Source: Fibrobacterales bacterium (lineage in GTDB: Bacteria > Fibrobacterota > Fibrobacteria > Fibrobacterales > JAOPTW01). From it: a DNA stretch of 58,380 bases. A program made the position numbers and the translations under genes. Positions within the stretch are counted from its first letter, which is position 1, and each line of letters begins with the position of its first letter. Positions 39,748 through 50,135 of the stretch are shown in pieces. The stretch lies in NCBI GenBank assembly GCA_051532035.1, contig JAOPTW010000041.1, positions 1 through 58,380 of the forward strand, written 5' to 3'. The notes beneath the pieces are model-generated. The model saw only the letters and a list, made by a program, of their open reading frames with translations, was not told where the DNA came from and ran no database searches.

Positions 39748-40128
39748 TTATTTTTCTAGAGATTTAATGAAGTCTAGACAGTCTGTCGCAGACTCCAACT
39801 CTATACGTAAATCACTGATATCACTTTGATTAAAATAGTCGTCCCGAACAGGGGTTCCGACATCGTGAAGTGTTTGCTGACTTTTACGGCCGTCAGAATC
39901 AACTTTAGCACCTTCTGGATTCTGCTGAATAGTATAGGTCACCTCTTTCATCTTAGAGGCCGCCATATCGCGCATTTCAACTTCATCTACTTCAAAAGTT
40001 TCACCCATGTAATACATCATGAATGATCCACAACATTTACAAGCCAATATCATAAGGTCACTCTCATTTTCTTCCTTGAGATTGACCTCCTGCTGGCACT
40101 TAGGGCAGGTTACTTTTTTCAATTCCAT
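39748..40128 (-). CDS. Hypothetical Zn-ribbon protein
   Basis: CPKC...CKCC at the N-terminus, helical C-terminus; ATG 40128. Confidence 0.7.
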   Translation of the reverse strand: MELKKVTCPKCQQEVNLKEENESDLMILACKCCGSFMMYYMGETFEVDEVEMRDMAASKMKEVTYTIQQNPEGAKVDSDGRKSQQTLHDVGTPVRDDYFNQSDISDLRIELESATDCLDFIKSLEK

Positions 40129-40199
40129 AAACCTAGAATACAAATTATTCTGTTCTTAATGTATATATTTTGCAAAAAATAATCCACATTCACGTCATA

Positions 40200-40583
40200 T
40201 TATTGTAACAGCGCTATGGCAGTCGCCATTCCTGCATCGTGCGAGATACTGACCAACACTTCACTTCCCCCTTTAAGATCCGCTATCTCTTTGGCTTTTC
40301 CCGTAAGAACGGCTTGAGGCGCCCCTTTTTCGTCGGGAAGTATCTCAATATCGTTCCACTGTATGCCTTCGGCCCACCCAGTTCCTAATGCTTTTAAAAT
40401 AGCCTCTTTGGCAGAGAACCTCCCAGCAGTCCGCTCCCATTTTTTAGGACCTTCGCCACAATAGTCACGCTCCGCAATGGTCAATATTTTTTCGATGGTT
40501 TTATCACCCGATTTTTCTACTCTTGCAATTGCAGAGATGTCAATACCAATACCTAGTACCTTACACCCATCTTTGAACGTCAT
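40200..40583 (-). CDS. acpS: Holo-ACP synthase
   Basis: GIGIDI, AGRFSAKEAILKALGTG, GAP, VSISHD. Confidence 0.95.
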   Translation of the reverse strand: MTFKDGCKVLGIGIDISAIARVEKSGDKTIEKILTIAERDYCGEGPKKWERTAGRFSAKEAILKALGTGWAEGIQWNDIEILPDEKGAPQAVLTGKAKEIADLKGGSEVLVSISHDAGMATAIALLQ

Positions 40584-41780
40584 ATGGCCCACCAATTTTC
40601 ACTCTCAGAACTCGAATTTCTCAAACGAGAGCAGACTAAAGCAACTGTCGATGAATATAGTAAAAATTTTAAGGAATCTGACGCACTGACTCTCGCTTCG
40701 AAACTCGCGAAAAGCTTTACTATTGAAGAGCGCAGCGCCCTTATTTCATATCTAAAACTAGTACCCAAGTTTCAAAAAAAGTATGCAACTCAAGAGCTCC
40801 TTCTTTGTGATCAATTAGCCCTCGAACAATCAACCTCGAAAGCAACAGCTTCGTACAAAGCAGAAAAGTGCAAGGGAGTTACATCCATTGCAGACTTTTG
40901 TTGTGGCATGGGTGGCGACTCTTATTTCATCGACCCCTCAATTACCGTTCACGGAGTAGACCTCAGCCCTGAACGTATAGCCATGTACCAACACAACATG
41001 GGCCTCCTCCACCCTAATTTCACAGTCACCCATGGCGACGTAACAACCATTGAGCTCAGTGCCGACATTGTATTTATCGATCCTTCGAGACGCTCAAAAG
41101 CGAACAGCCGGCGCAACTGGAACCCCGAAGACCTCGTCCCCACCATACCTCAGATTACTGAAATTGTATCACGTTATGCAGGTGCCATGGTGAAAATGCC
41201 CCCCGCAACACCACTCGAGATAATTCCCTTTGATTGTGCAGTTGAATACCTCGGCGAAGGAGATGAATGTCGCGAGATGCTCCTATTGACTGGTACTCTT
41301 GCCCCAAATAAAAAGGTTACCGCAGTTAACGTACTCACAGGTGACACTATCAATGCACCTATTAATCGCGCCATTGATTCACCACCCGTAGCTTCAGTAC
41401 AAAATTACCTCTACGAACCATATAAGTCAGTGATACGAGCCCACTTGATTGATCAACTGATCACAAACCTCAACCTGACTCTCATAGACCCGCTCATTGC
41501 CTACTGCACTTCAGAGACCCCGGTTTCTCACCCAATGCTGAAGCGATATCGAGTAATTGACACCTGCCCTATCGGCACCAAACATGTTAAAAAAATGGTA
41601 AAAAAGCATACCATTGGTACACTTGACATTAAAAAACGAGGGATTCGGGTTGAACCCGCTCAAGAGATTAAAAAAATCATCCCAAAGCCACCTAAAAAAG
41701 GGACTCATAAACACGGCATTCTCTTCTACACCCTCCACAACAACACCCCTATTATCATTCTCGCTGAAAGAGATGATTAA
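40584..41780 (+). CDS. Class I SAM-dependent methyltransferase with THUMP-like C-terminal domain
   Basis: ALEQST, ADFCCGMGGDS, FIDPSRR, VKMPP, YLYEP, IKKRG. Confidence 0.85.
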   Translation: MAHQFSLSELEFLKREQTKATVDEYSKNFKESDALTLASKLAKSFTIEERSALISYLKLVPKFQKKYATQELLLCDQLALEQSTSKATASYKAEKCKGVTSIADFCCGMGGDSYFIDPSITVHGVDLSPERIAMYQHNMGLLHPNFTVTHGDVTTIELSADIVFIDPSRRSKANSRRNWNPEDLVPTIPQITEIVSRYAGAMVKMPPATPLEIIPFDCAVEYLGEGDECREMLLLTGTLAPNKKVTAVNVLTGDTINAPINRAIDSPPVASVQNYLYEPYKSVIRAHLIDQLITNLNLTLIDPLIAYCTSETPVSHPMLKRYRVIDTCPIGTKHVKKMVKKHTIGTLDIKKRGIRVEPAQEIKKIIPKPPKKGTHKHGILFYTLHNNTPIIILAERDD

Positions 41781-41887
41781 GCCTACTTTTCTATAAAAAT
41801 GCGCCTTTTTTCGTGAGATGTTTTTTTTTAATGTCACAATCAAAATAATCCGATATAATGGAAAGGTACAACAACTCTTTCGGATAT

Positions 41888-43087
41888 ATGGCTTCTCAAA
41901 TACTTGTAGTAGATGATTCACAAATTATTCTCACGAGCTTTACTCGAGTTCTCGAAGAGGCAGGATATGTGGTCGATACAGCGCCCAACGGCCGTTATGC
42001 TCTACAAAAACTAGGTTCATGGGAACCACAGCTCTGCCTTGTTGACCTAATCATGCCCGAAATGGATGGGTATCAAACTATTCGCAATATACGCGAACGA
42101 TTCCCCGGCATGAAAATTATTGCTATATCATCACAACCCGAGAGCCTCGCACGTCAAGAAATGATACGCCTCGGCGCCGATGATTACATGCAGAAACCAA
42201 TTGTAAAAGATGTACTCATAAAGGCCATAGAGACACAAATACTCGAAAGAGAAATTCTTATTAAGTCTCAGGCCGATATCCCCGATGAAATTGTGACCCA
42301 CGCCAAGAATCAACCCTATGATGTTCACATTAAAAAATGCTACATCTGTGGGTATGATCAAGTACGCGTTTTTGTGCCCAAAGCCGAGGCCATTATAGAA
42401 GATTGGAATGCTGGTTTTTACCCCGAATATGACCCCGCTCCCGGTTTTCAACAATGGGACTTTTTACGAAACCTCGTGTCGATTTGCCCTTCATGCCTCT
42501 TTGCCTCTTCCGACCCCAATGACTTCTCCAAGAAAGTGATTCATTCAGTCTTCCCTTACCAGCAAGATGCCAAAAAAGTACTGGGTCAAGGAATTGCAGC
42601 TCGGAAAAGAATGGTTGAAAAAGAACACAATGAGATGGTGCATAACTTCGATAAAGCATCGAGAACCCACGATGAGACCATTATCACTCTTCAAATAGCA
42701 GAAAAGTGTGCAAATGGGCTTGCTCAAGGCAATAAGAAAGGGGTTTATGCCCAAATTGGCCTTGTTCGCCTCTACATTGGAGTACTTGATCGCAAACGGC
42801 TTCAGGAAATGGCTGCCCTAGCACTTAAAAACTTTAAAGATCAGCTAAAAGACCCCAACAATAGCCGCGCTATGATTGCACGATGCTATTACTTTATCAT
42901 AATACTTCATATGGTCCTGAGTGAGTCTCTTAAAGCAAATGAAGAGAAGACCAATTTAGAGAAATATTACGCAAGTCTTCCTGAGGATCATATCGTCACC
43001 GCCGAAGAACGTCAATGGAACCAACGACTCTTCAATATTTGGCGAGACGGCATTGACCCATCAATGCCCAGAGAGATTGAAAACTAA
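41888..43087 (+). CDS. Response regulator: receiver domain fused to DUF2225-like Zn-binding/helical domain
   Basis: ILVVDDS, VDLIMPEMDG, AISS, GADDYMQKP; then CYICG...VSICPSCLFAS and a helical tail; start 41888 or 41858. Confidence 0.85.
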   Translation: MASQILVVDDSQIILTSFTRVLEEAGYVVDTAPNGRYALQKLGSWEPQLCLVDLIMPEMDGYQTIRNIRERFPGMKIIAISSQPESLARQEMIRLGADDYMQKPIVKDVLIKAIETQILEREILIKSQADIPDEIVTHAKNQPYDVHIKKCYICGYDQVRVFVPKAEAIIEDWNAGFYPEYDPAPGFQQWDFLRNLVSICPSCLFASSDPNDFSKKVIHSVFPYQQDAKKVLGQGIAARKRMVEKEHNEMVHNFDKASRTHDETIITLQIAEKCANGLAQGNKKGVYAQIGLVRLYIGVLDRKRLQEMAALALKNFKDQLKDPNNSRAMIARCYYFIIILHMVLSESLKANEEKTNLEKYYASLPEDHIVTAEERQWNQRLFNIWRDGIDPSMPREIEN

Positions 43088-43120
43088 CGTTCAAGCCACT
43101 CATTACATAGCTCCTGAGAG

Positions 43121-44263
43121 CTATGTAATTCTTTTTAGCTTTGTAACACACTCAATATGACTCGTTTGTGGGAACATATCAAAGCCCTTCATACCAATAA
43201 TTTCATACTGACTTTTTGTAAGCAAAGCAAGGTCTCTCGCCATTGTAACCGGATCACACGAAACGTAGACAATTAATTTAGGCTTTATTGACAAAATATG
43301 TTCAATCGCCTCAACCTCCACCCCTTGTCTTGGCGGGTCAACCAAAAGAAAGTCCACTGTCGTTTCTTGGTTATTTTTCACCCATTCTTCAACAGGCTCA
43401 TAATAGCGTTCTACATGATCTTCCAGATGTTCTTCTGCAATCTGCTGGCATTTATCATTGATTTCGACCGCAATAACTCGATCAAAATGGTCTTGTAAAA
43501 AAAGTGCAAAGAGACCCACTCCTGAAAATAGATCCATGGCAACAGCACCACTCACGCCGTCAATCACATAGGATATCATCTGAGGAAGAAGCTCAAGGTT
43601 TGATTGAAAAAAGACTCTGTTTGAAAGAAACACTTTTTTATTTAAAAGAGAAATAGAGAACATGTCATCATGCTGAATCACATCAGAACCATCAGAAAAA
43701 AGTCTCACATTTGACCTTGGGTATTCTTGCCAATCATGGGTCAACACATGTGCCTCAAGAGGCTCACATAAAACAGGGCATTCCTCTATACCCACCAATT
43801 CATTAGACTGATCTTTATTAAACCCTGCAAATCTCTTCCCTTTTTTAGTCGTTATTTGCAAACGCGCTCTATTACGATAGTGCCATGGTTTTGAAGCCAC
43901 AACATCAGGCACAAATGAGAGAGAGAGTTTCCCAATGCGCTCTAGAGCATCTACTATGTGTTGCTGTTTAATTCGACACTGTTCATCATAGGCTATATGC
44001 TGATAGTCACAGCCGCCACATATGGTAAAATGTCTACACTGAGGAGTGATTCTTTGGGCAGAAGGCTCAACTACTTCTAATAGCTTTGCAATGATAAATC
44101 GTTTTTTTGTTTTAATAGCCAACACCCGACACACATCGCCAGGCACAGTATAAGGAACAAAAACAGCGCGGCCATCAAGGCGCCCAACTCCCGCACCTCC
44201 AGTAGCTACAGAATCTATAGTAATTGTAAAATTTGAAGTCACTTTACCCCTCAATAATGTCAT
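43121..44263 (-). CDS. RlmD/TrmA-family RNA m5U methyltransferase with TRAM domain
   Basis: GAGVGR..FVPYTVPGD, CRHFTICGGCDYQH, FFQSN, DLFSGVG, VDPPRQG, YVSCDP, DMFPQTSHIE. Confidence 0.93.
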   Translation of the reverse strand: MTLLRGKVTSNFTITIDSVATGGAGVGRLDGRAVFVPYTVPGDVCRVLAIKTKKRFIIAKLLEVVEPSAQRITPQCRHFTICGGCDYQHIAYDEQCRIKQQHIVDALERIGKLSLSFVPDVVASKPWHYRNRARLQITTKKGKRFAGFNKDQSNELVGIEECPVLCEPLEAHVLTHDWQEYPRSNVRLFSDGSDVIQHDDMFSISLLNKKVFLSNRVFFQSNLELLPQMISYVIDGVSGAVAMDLFSGVGLFALFLQDHFDRVIAVEINDKCQQIAEEHLEDHVERYYEPVEEWVKNNQETTVDFLLVDPPRQGVEVEAIEHILSIKPKLIVYVSCDPVTMARDLALLTKSQYEIIGMKGFDMFPQTSHIECVTKLKRIT

Positions 44264-44422
44264 TTTTTAGTAGAATGTTAGTTTTTAAGTCGTCGCCATA
44301 TAATATTAGAAAAAGTAGTAGGATTTAATCGTATAAAGATTAAATTATCAGAGAACACCACTTAGCAGACAATCGAAATAGTACTATCTATTTCGCAATA
44401 TACACCCACAGAAGGAACACCT

Positions 44423-44995
44423 TTGAAAAAAATACTCGTTGGCTGTGGCCTCATTTTGAGCCTCCTCGCATGTAAAGATTCTGATATAGATCCAAATGTT
44501 CTTCTTAAAAGATCTATCAATGAAGAAGTTGTGATTACAGACAAAATACTGTTCCACTTTTCTTACAAAAACAACAGTTGGGCGTACGAGAACACTGGAC
44601 AATTTATTGATAGCTCCGGGAATATTTTTACATATGAAATCAAAAAAGGTGAGAAAGATTTAATAAAACCTAAGAATGGATACATCAGTAAAGATGCACT
44701 TTTTCATAATTTTAGAAAAGCAAAAGACCACCTCTGCAAAATCCCAAAAGAGGACATCGCCGATATCTTTCCCTACATAGCACTTTCAGTTGCAGGGCCA
44801 CTTTCGGAATCGAGAAACACCTCATACAACCAGGGCGACCTCAACTGGTTCGCATACCACTGGGATGCCAAAAAGAGAAAATATCGGCAGGTACTTCTCC
44901 GTTCTTGGGGGGACTACTCAAGGGATAATCTCAATACAAATGCAACTCAGATGTATAAACGCCTGATGCATCTCATGAATAATAATTGTAATTAA
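44423..44995 (+). CDS. Hypothetical lipoprotein
   Basis: TTG start after AAGGA; lipobox LLAC. Confidence 0.75.
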   Translation: MKKILVGCGLILSLLACKDSDIDPNVLLKRSINEEVVITDKILFHFSYKNNSWAYENTGQFIDSSGNIFTYEIKKGEKDLIKPKNGYISKDALFHNFRKAKDHLCKIPKEDIADIFPYIALSVAGPLSESRNTSYNQGDLNWFAYHWDAKKRKYRQVLLRSWGDYSRDNLNTNATQMYKRLMHLMNNNCN

Positions 44996-45039
44996 TTCTT
45001 TACTCTTTCACTTTTTAGCAGTCCGTTCTATAGTGACTG

Positions 45040-45915
45040 CTAAAATTCTCGTACCCAATGACCAGGTGACTGCTCTTTAATTGCAGGGACATCGCCCTTG
45101 TAGACCTCCCATACTCTAGGGCCTGCCAAAAATTCCCTCTGCCCAATCTCAATATCGCGATAGTGATGTTTACCTGGTATTGAACTCAAGAGTAGTTTAG
45201 TATATGGGTGGAGTGGGTTCGTAAACAACTCTTCAGTGTGAGCTATTTCAACAATCTTCCCAAAATACATTACCGCAACGCGATGTGATATATTGCGCAC
45301 CACACCAAGATCATGAGATATAAAAAGGTAACTTAAGCCACGGCCTCGTTGAAGGTCTTTCAATAAATTCAAAACCTGAGCTTGTACCGAAACATCCAAC
45401 GAAGAGACAACCTCATCACATACAATAAACTCAGGTTTCACTGCTAGGGCACGAGCAATCCCAATACGTTGCCGTTGACCTCCAGAAAACTCATGAGGAT
45501 AGCGATTAATAGAATCTTCGGGGAGTTCAACCGTACGAAGGAGCATGCGTACATATCCCATTATGTCTGCTTTTTTCTCAAAAGCATCACCCGCTTCTGC
45601 CAAGATAGAGCCAACGGTCATTTTTGGATTGAGGGAAGAGTAGGGGTCCTGAAAAATAATCTGTATTTTTTTTCGATAGGGCTTCAACTTTGAGGTGCTC
45701 ATCCTATTAAGGTCTACACCATTATAGAGGACTTTCCCATAGTCTATTTTTTCCAGTTTAACGACTGCACGCCCCACTGAACTTTTTCCACACCCCGATT
45801 CACCAACAAGTCCGAGGGTCTCACCAGGGCGGACAGAAAAACTGACATCTTCCACAGCGCGAACCACCTTGTTCCCACTTGCATATTTCACATAGAGGTT
45901 TTTAACATCCAGCAT
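45040..45915 (-). CDS. Oligopeptide ABC ATPase (OppF-like, second pair)
   Basis: [41 protein letters not shown] 45915. Confidence 0.93.
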   Translation of the reverse strand: MLDVKNLYVKYASGNKVVRAVEDVSFSVRPGETLGLVGESGCGKSSVGRAVVKLEKIDYGKVLYNGVDLNRMSTSKLKPYRKKIQIIFQDPYSSLNPKMTVGSILAEAGDAFEKKADIMGYVRMLLRTVELPEDSINRYPHEFSGGQRQRIGIARALAVKPEFIVCDEVVSSLDVSVQAQVLNLLKDLQRGRGLSYLFISHDLGVVRNISHRVAVMYFGKIVEIAHTEELFTNPLHPYTKLLLSSIPGKHHYRDIEIGQREFLAGPRVWEVYKGDVPAIKEQSPGHWVREF

Positions 45916-46867
45916 CGGCAAACCTCTCATCCTTGCGGTAGTTATGAATAGTATGCCCTTCACCCACTTCAACGATATCGTAAGGATCAATCACTACAGA
46001 TCGCTCATAGGCCGATGCCATTTTGAGAGCAGGAATAGAATCACTGATAGTTGGCAGCCTGTCGACTGGAGTCTCAAGATAAGGTATCGACTTTAAAAGC
46101 GCCCGAGTATAGGGGTGCTGGGGGTTTTCAAAAATTTCATGCACCGGAGCTTTTTCAAGAATATTACCCGCATACATTACCAATACATTATCTGCAACTT
46201 CACGAATCACATCAAGACTATGAGAGATAAACAATACTGCAACCCCTTTCTCAAGCTGTAATCGTTTGAGTAACTTCAATATCTGCAGTTGTACTGTTAC
46301 ATCAAGAGCTGTTGTCGGTTCATCCGCAATGATAATATCTGGTTCACAGATCATTGCAATTGCTATAACAACGCGTTGACGCATTCCTCCCGAGAGCTGA
46401 TGGGGGTATTCGTTATACCGTTGTTCGGGATACGGTATGTCAACTTCATTAAAAAAATCAATCACTTTCTTTTTCACTTCGGACTTTGAAAGGTTTGATT
46501 TATGTTGCCGCAGTACTTCGGCCACCTGTTCACCCACTTTAATGAGTGGATTGAGTGCAGTCATTGGATCTTGAAACACCATACCAATCTTGCCACCTCG
46601 AATTTTGCGATACTGACTCTGATTAAAATCGAGCATGTTCTCACCATAATATTCAATGGTTCCATGATCGACTCTTCCACCCATAAAAGGGACAAACCCC
46701 ATTATCGCATTGGCAGTTACCGATTTACCAGAGCCTGACTCTCCAACCACACCGAGTGTCTTCCCTTTAATGAGGTCAAAAGATATCGCCTCAACTACAG
46801 TTTTTTTGTAATTGTGACTCGTAAAACTCACGGAGAGGTCTTTCACTGAAAGTATGGTATCCGACAT
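45902..46867 (-). CDS. Oligopeptide ABC ATPase (OppD-like, second pair)
   Basis: GESGSGKSVT, FQDPMTALNP, LSGGMRQRV, ADEPTTALDV, HPYT. Confidence 0.93.
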   Translation of the reverse strand: MSDTILSVKDLSVSFTSHNYKKTVVEAISFDLIKGKTLGVVGESGSGKSVTANAIMGFVPFMGGRVDHGTIEYYGENMLDFNQSQYRKIRGGKIGMVFQDPMTALNPLIKVGEQVAEVLRQHKSNLSKSEVKKKVIDFFNEVDIPYPEQRYNEYPHQLSGGMRQRVVIAIAMICEPDIIIADEPTTALDVTVQLQILKLLKRLQLEKGVAVLFISHSLDVIREVADNVLVMYAGNILEKAPVHEIFENPQHPYTRALLKSIPYLETPVDRLPTISDSIPALKMASAYERSVVIDPYDIVEVGEGHTIHNYRKDERFADAGC

Positions 46868-46915
46868 GTGTCCAGAGGTAAAGTTTTATGAAAAGATACT
46901 AAATTGGCTCTTCAC

Positions 46916-47479
46916 TTACCGGTATTTCACTACACTATTAATAGAGACTTCTAATTTACCCGATTTCCAGTCTAAACCAGAGAGCCCCGCCTTTAGGCAG
47001 AGTTGTTTAAGAAACAGGTCCGCTCGCGGGAGTTGCTCCCACACCTGCGGTAAAAAAAGAGCACGCTTTCCCCCATTTCTAATCATAACCCCAGGGTGTT
47101 CTGTATCGAGAAATTCACAAAGACCCTCTATTGTAGTATACTCAAACAGAGTAAATGGCGCCATGTGCGATACTTCGATGTCAATTTCTGGCAGTTCACT
47201 TGGTAATACCGGAGGAAAACGAGGATCACTCAGTGCTGCATTCCGAGCATTTTCAATGACGTCTTGGTACAGCGACTGTATGGGAGATGTATGACCGATA
47301 CAGCCACGAAGAGCTCCCTTTTTATGTAATGTTACAAAGACAGCCCCCATTTCAAGTAATTCAGGAGGAGTAGATTGGCGATCAACATCGGGCGCAACCC
47401 CATCTACAACCCAACTTGAAACTGCTTTGTGAGTAAGGGCAATCAAATGCTTTTCTGCCGCGCTCGATAACCGTTTCAT
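46916..47479 (-). CDS. amrA: AmmeMemoRadiSam system protein A (AMMECR1 domain)
   Basis: GAVFVTL..LRGCIG, AALSDPRF, FLPQVW, LCLKAGL; ATG 47479. Confidence 0.93.
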   Translation of the reverse strand: MKRLSSAAEKHLIALTHKAVSSWVVDGVAPDVDRQSTPPELLEMGAVFVTLHKKGALRGCIGHTSPIQSLYQDVIENARNAALSDPRFPPVLPSELPEIDIEVSHMAPFTLFEYTTIEGLCEFLDTEHPGVMIRNGGKRALFLPQVWEQLPRADLFLKQLCLKAGLSGLDWKSGKLEVSINSVVKYR

Positions 47480-47480
47480 A

Positions 47481-48275
47481 TTACACCCCCTCTGAATCGT
47501 AAAATGCAAACGCACTATACCCAACAACCCGAGAATGGTCGCCGGCCGTATCCCCTGAATTAAGGTATTTCAGCAGAGAACTTTTCCAATTCCTCTGCTG
47601 TGCAATCCGTGTAAGAATATTTACTCCCACTCTACCGCACGCCCTTTCTTGATCAGTAATAATCTCATTACTCAGTACCATTTCAATAGTCTCTGAATCT
47701 CGTACATTAGCGGCATCATAGGTAAGAAAGTGGGAAAGATCGGTACTGACCACTAAAAGCGTTTTGTCATCAAGTAAACCGTTGATCTGTTTTGCTGCAG
47801 CGTCAAGGCTGTCAATCTCACCTATTATTATCGGTATAATTCGAGCTTCGGGGAGTGTTCTTTGTATAAATGGGATCTGTACTTCAAGACTATGCTCTTT
47901 CTGGTGTGCCTCGCCTGTCACCGACACTACACCTCCTGCCAGCCACTCAGCACCTGGCATAGTGAGTTGTTGTATTCCAAGAGGCAACTCCCACTGGTCC
48001 GCAGAGTCAAGCCCTAATCCTTTGAAATAGTATTGATGCGACGGTCCAAGCAATACAACCTTTTCAATCATACTTCGAGAAAGCAATGTATAGGCATATG
48101 CCGCGACGGCCCCTGAATAAATGTAACCAGCATGGGGCACCACTATTGCATGGACAGCGCCTGGAGCAGTTAAAGGGCCAGCATTTTGAAGGTACCGATC
48201 TATTTCACCCTGCAATGCTACAGGATTAGCACTATAGAAGCTCCCTGCATACTCTGCTTTTCGAATCACTTCCAC
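47481..48275 (-). CDS. amrB: AmmeMemoRadiSam system protein B (MEMO1 family)
   Basis: AGSFY, VPHAGYIYSG, LGPSH, EHSLEVQIPF, STDLSH, ACG, NSGD..VVGY. Confidence 0.94.
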   Translation of the reverse strand: MEVIRKAEYAGSFYSANPVALQGEIDRYLQNAGPLTAPGAVHAIVVPHAGYIYSGAVAAYAYTLLSRSMIEKVVLLGPSHQYYFKGLGLDSADQWELPLGIQQLTMPGAEWLAGGVVSVTGEAHQKEHSLEVQIPFIQRTLPEARIIPIIIGEIDSLDAAAKQINGLLDDKTLLVVSTDLSHFLTYDAANVRDSETIEMVLSNEIITDQERACGRVGVNILTRIAQQRNWKSSLLKYLNSGDTAGDHSRVVGYSAFAFYDSEGV

Positions 48276-49273
48276 ACCCCCGGTATCGCGTTTCCACAGT
48301 TATTACATTTCCCTACATCAAATGCACCTATTACTGAACTATTCCAATTTCTCTCAATGAGAAGAGTATTACACTGAGGGCAACAAGTGCTTTGATGTTG
48401 CACGTCAGCAACATTACCTGTATACACAAAGGTCAGGCCCATTTCTTTTCCAATAGCATGTGCTCTCTCCAAACACTCCTGAGATGTAAGCTCGATATCA
48501 AGCGCTTTGTAATCAGGATGAAACCCAGAGATATGCCAAGGAATATTTTGATCAATATGCGCTATGGCTTGCGCTATAGTACGTAACTGTTGATCGGTAT
48601 CATTTCTTCCAGGAATCACAAGCGTTGTTACCTCGACCCAAACACCGTGTTTTCGAAATGCCTCTATGGATGTAAGGACTTGTGTATATCCACCATGGCA
48701 AAATTTTTTATAAAACAGATCTGAGTCTGCTTTTAGGTCAATATTTATTGCATCAATCACCGGAGCAATAAATGCCACTGCTTCGCTACTCATATACCCA
48801 TTTGAAACGAAGACTGATCGTATCCCTTCATTACGCGCGAGGACAGCGACATCATACGCAAACTCGCTGAAAATAGTTGGCTCATTATAGGTAAAAGCAA
48901 TAGCAGGAATCTCATTTTGTATACAATATTCAACGATACGTTCCGGTGTCAATGAGGCACTATGATGCCGTATATCGTCATGGTGTTGTGATATACTCCA
49001 GTTCTGACAATAATCACAGGTAAAGTTACACCCATAAGTTCCAATGGAAAAGGCTGATGCCCCTGGTAGAAAATGGTATAATGGTTTTTTCTCAATGGGA
49101 TCAACATTTTGTGCAACAACTTCACCATACACGTCAAGATAGAGAATCCCCTCTCGATTACTGCGGACCTTACAGCGACCCCATTTGCCCTCAGCGATAG
49201 TGCAATAGTGTGCACAAGCAGTACACCGTACTCTGTCATTTTCTAATGATGTAAATAATAAGGCTTCTTTCAC
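48266..49273 (-). CDS. amrS: AmmeMemoRadiSam system radical SAM enzyme
   Basis: CTACAHYC..GRC, DPIEKKPLYHF, GCNFTCDYCQNW, FTYNEP, C-terminal CPQC/CNNC; GTG start with GGAGG SD. Confidence 0.95.
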   Translation of the reverse strand: MKEALLFTSLENDRVRCTACAHYCTIAEGKWGRCKVRSNREGILYLDVYGEVVAQNVDPIEKKPLYHFLPGASAFSIGTYGCNFTCDYCQNWSISQHHDDIRHHSASLTPERIVEYCIQNEIPAIAFTYNEPTIFSEFAYDVAVLARNEGIRSVFVSNGYMSSEAVAFIAPVIDAINIDLKADSDLFYKKFCHGGYTQVLTSIEAFRKHGVWVEVTTLVIPGRNDTDQQLRTIAQAIAHIDQNIPWHISGFHPDYKALDIELTSQECLERAHAIGKEMGLTFVYTGNVADVQHQSTCCPQCNTLLIERNWNSSVIGAFDVGKCNNCGNAIPGVWK

Positions 49274-49302
49274 ACTCCCTCCTCTCCTTTATTATAAGGA
49301 GA

Positions 49303-50127
49303 TTATAGAGAAGTTGCAATAGATTTTCGTCTTTTAGGGTCAAGTGTGGGAACTGCGCTCAGCAGCGCTCTTGTATACTCATGTTTTGGCCGACAAAAAA
49401 TGCTCTCTGCACTCCCCTCTTCGACGAGTTTACCAAAATACATAACTGCAACACGATCACTCACCTCTTTGACCACAGCCATATCGTGAGAAATAAAAAG
49501 AAGTGATAAGTGCATCTCTCTTTTAAGATCCATCAACAATTTTAAAATTTGTGCTTGTATGGTAACATCAAGAGCTGATACAACCTCATCGCAAATAATT
49601 AATTTTGGTTTGAGAGCAATGGTCCGCGCAATACTAATTCGTTGCCGTTGCCCGCCCGAAAAGGCGTGCGGATATTTATCAAGGGTTTCACTCCCAAGAC
49701 CAACCTTTTTGAGTACATCAATGAGATAGACACGAATATCTTTTGAAGCGACAATAGCATGATACAACACTGGAGCAGAGAGAATTTCAAAGATCGTTTG
49801 CTTTGGGTTCAATGACGAATGGGAGTCTTGAAATATAATCTGATAATCTCTTCGATATGGTTTCCAATTCGCCATAGACTCAATAGCTATGGGCGTACCT
49901 TCAAAGTAAATCTCACCTGAGGTTGCTTGAGTCAAGCCTAAAAGGGTATACCCAAGGGTACTTTTACCACTTCCGGATTCTCCTACGAGAGACAGTACCT
50001 CCCCCTCTCTGATAGAGAGTGACACCCCATCTACAGCTTTTACATGATTCACTACTGAGCCAAGGACCCCACCTGTAATGGGAAACCAAGTTTTTAGATT
50101 ACGTGCTTCAATGAGGACTTTTTGCAT
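49303..50127 (-). CDS. Peptide ABC ATPase (OppF-like / C-half of YejF-like)
   Basis: [38 protein letters not shown]. Confidence 0.93.
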   Translation of the reverse strand: MQKVLIEARNLKTWFPITGGVLGSVVNHVKAVDGVSLSIREGEVLSLVGESGSGKSTLGYTLLGLTQATSGEIYFEGTPIAIESMANWKPYRRDYQIIFQDSHSSLNPKQTIFEILSAPVLYHAIVASKDIRVYLIDVLKKVGLGSETLDKYPHAFSGGQRQRISIARTIALKPKLIICDEVVSALDVTIQAQILKLLMDLKREMHLSLLFISHDMAVVKEVSDRVAVMYFGKLVEEGSAESIFCRPKHEYTRALLSAVPTLDPKRRKSIATSL

Positions 50128-50135
50128 ACTACTCC

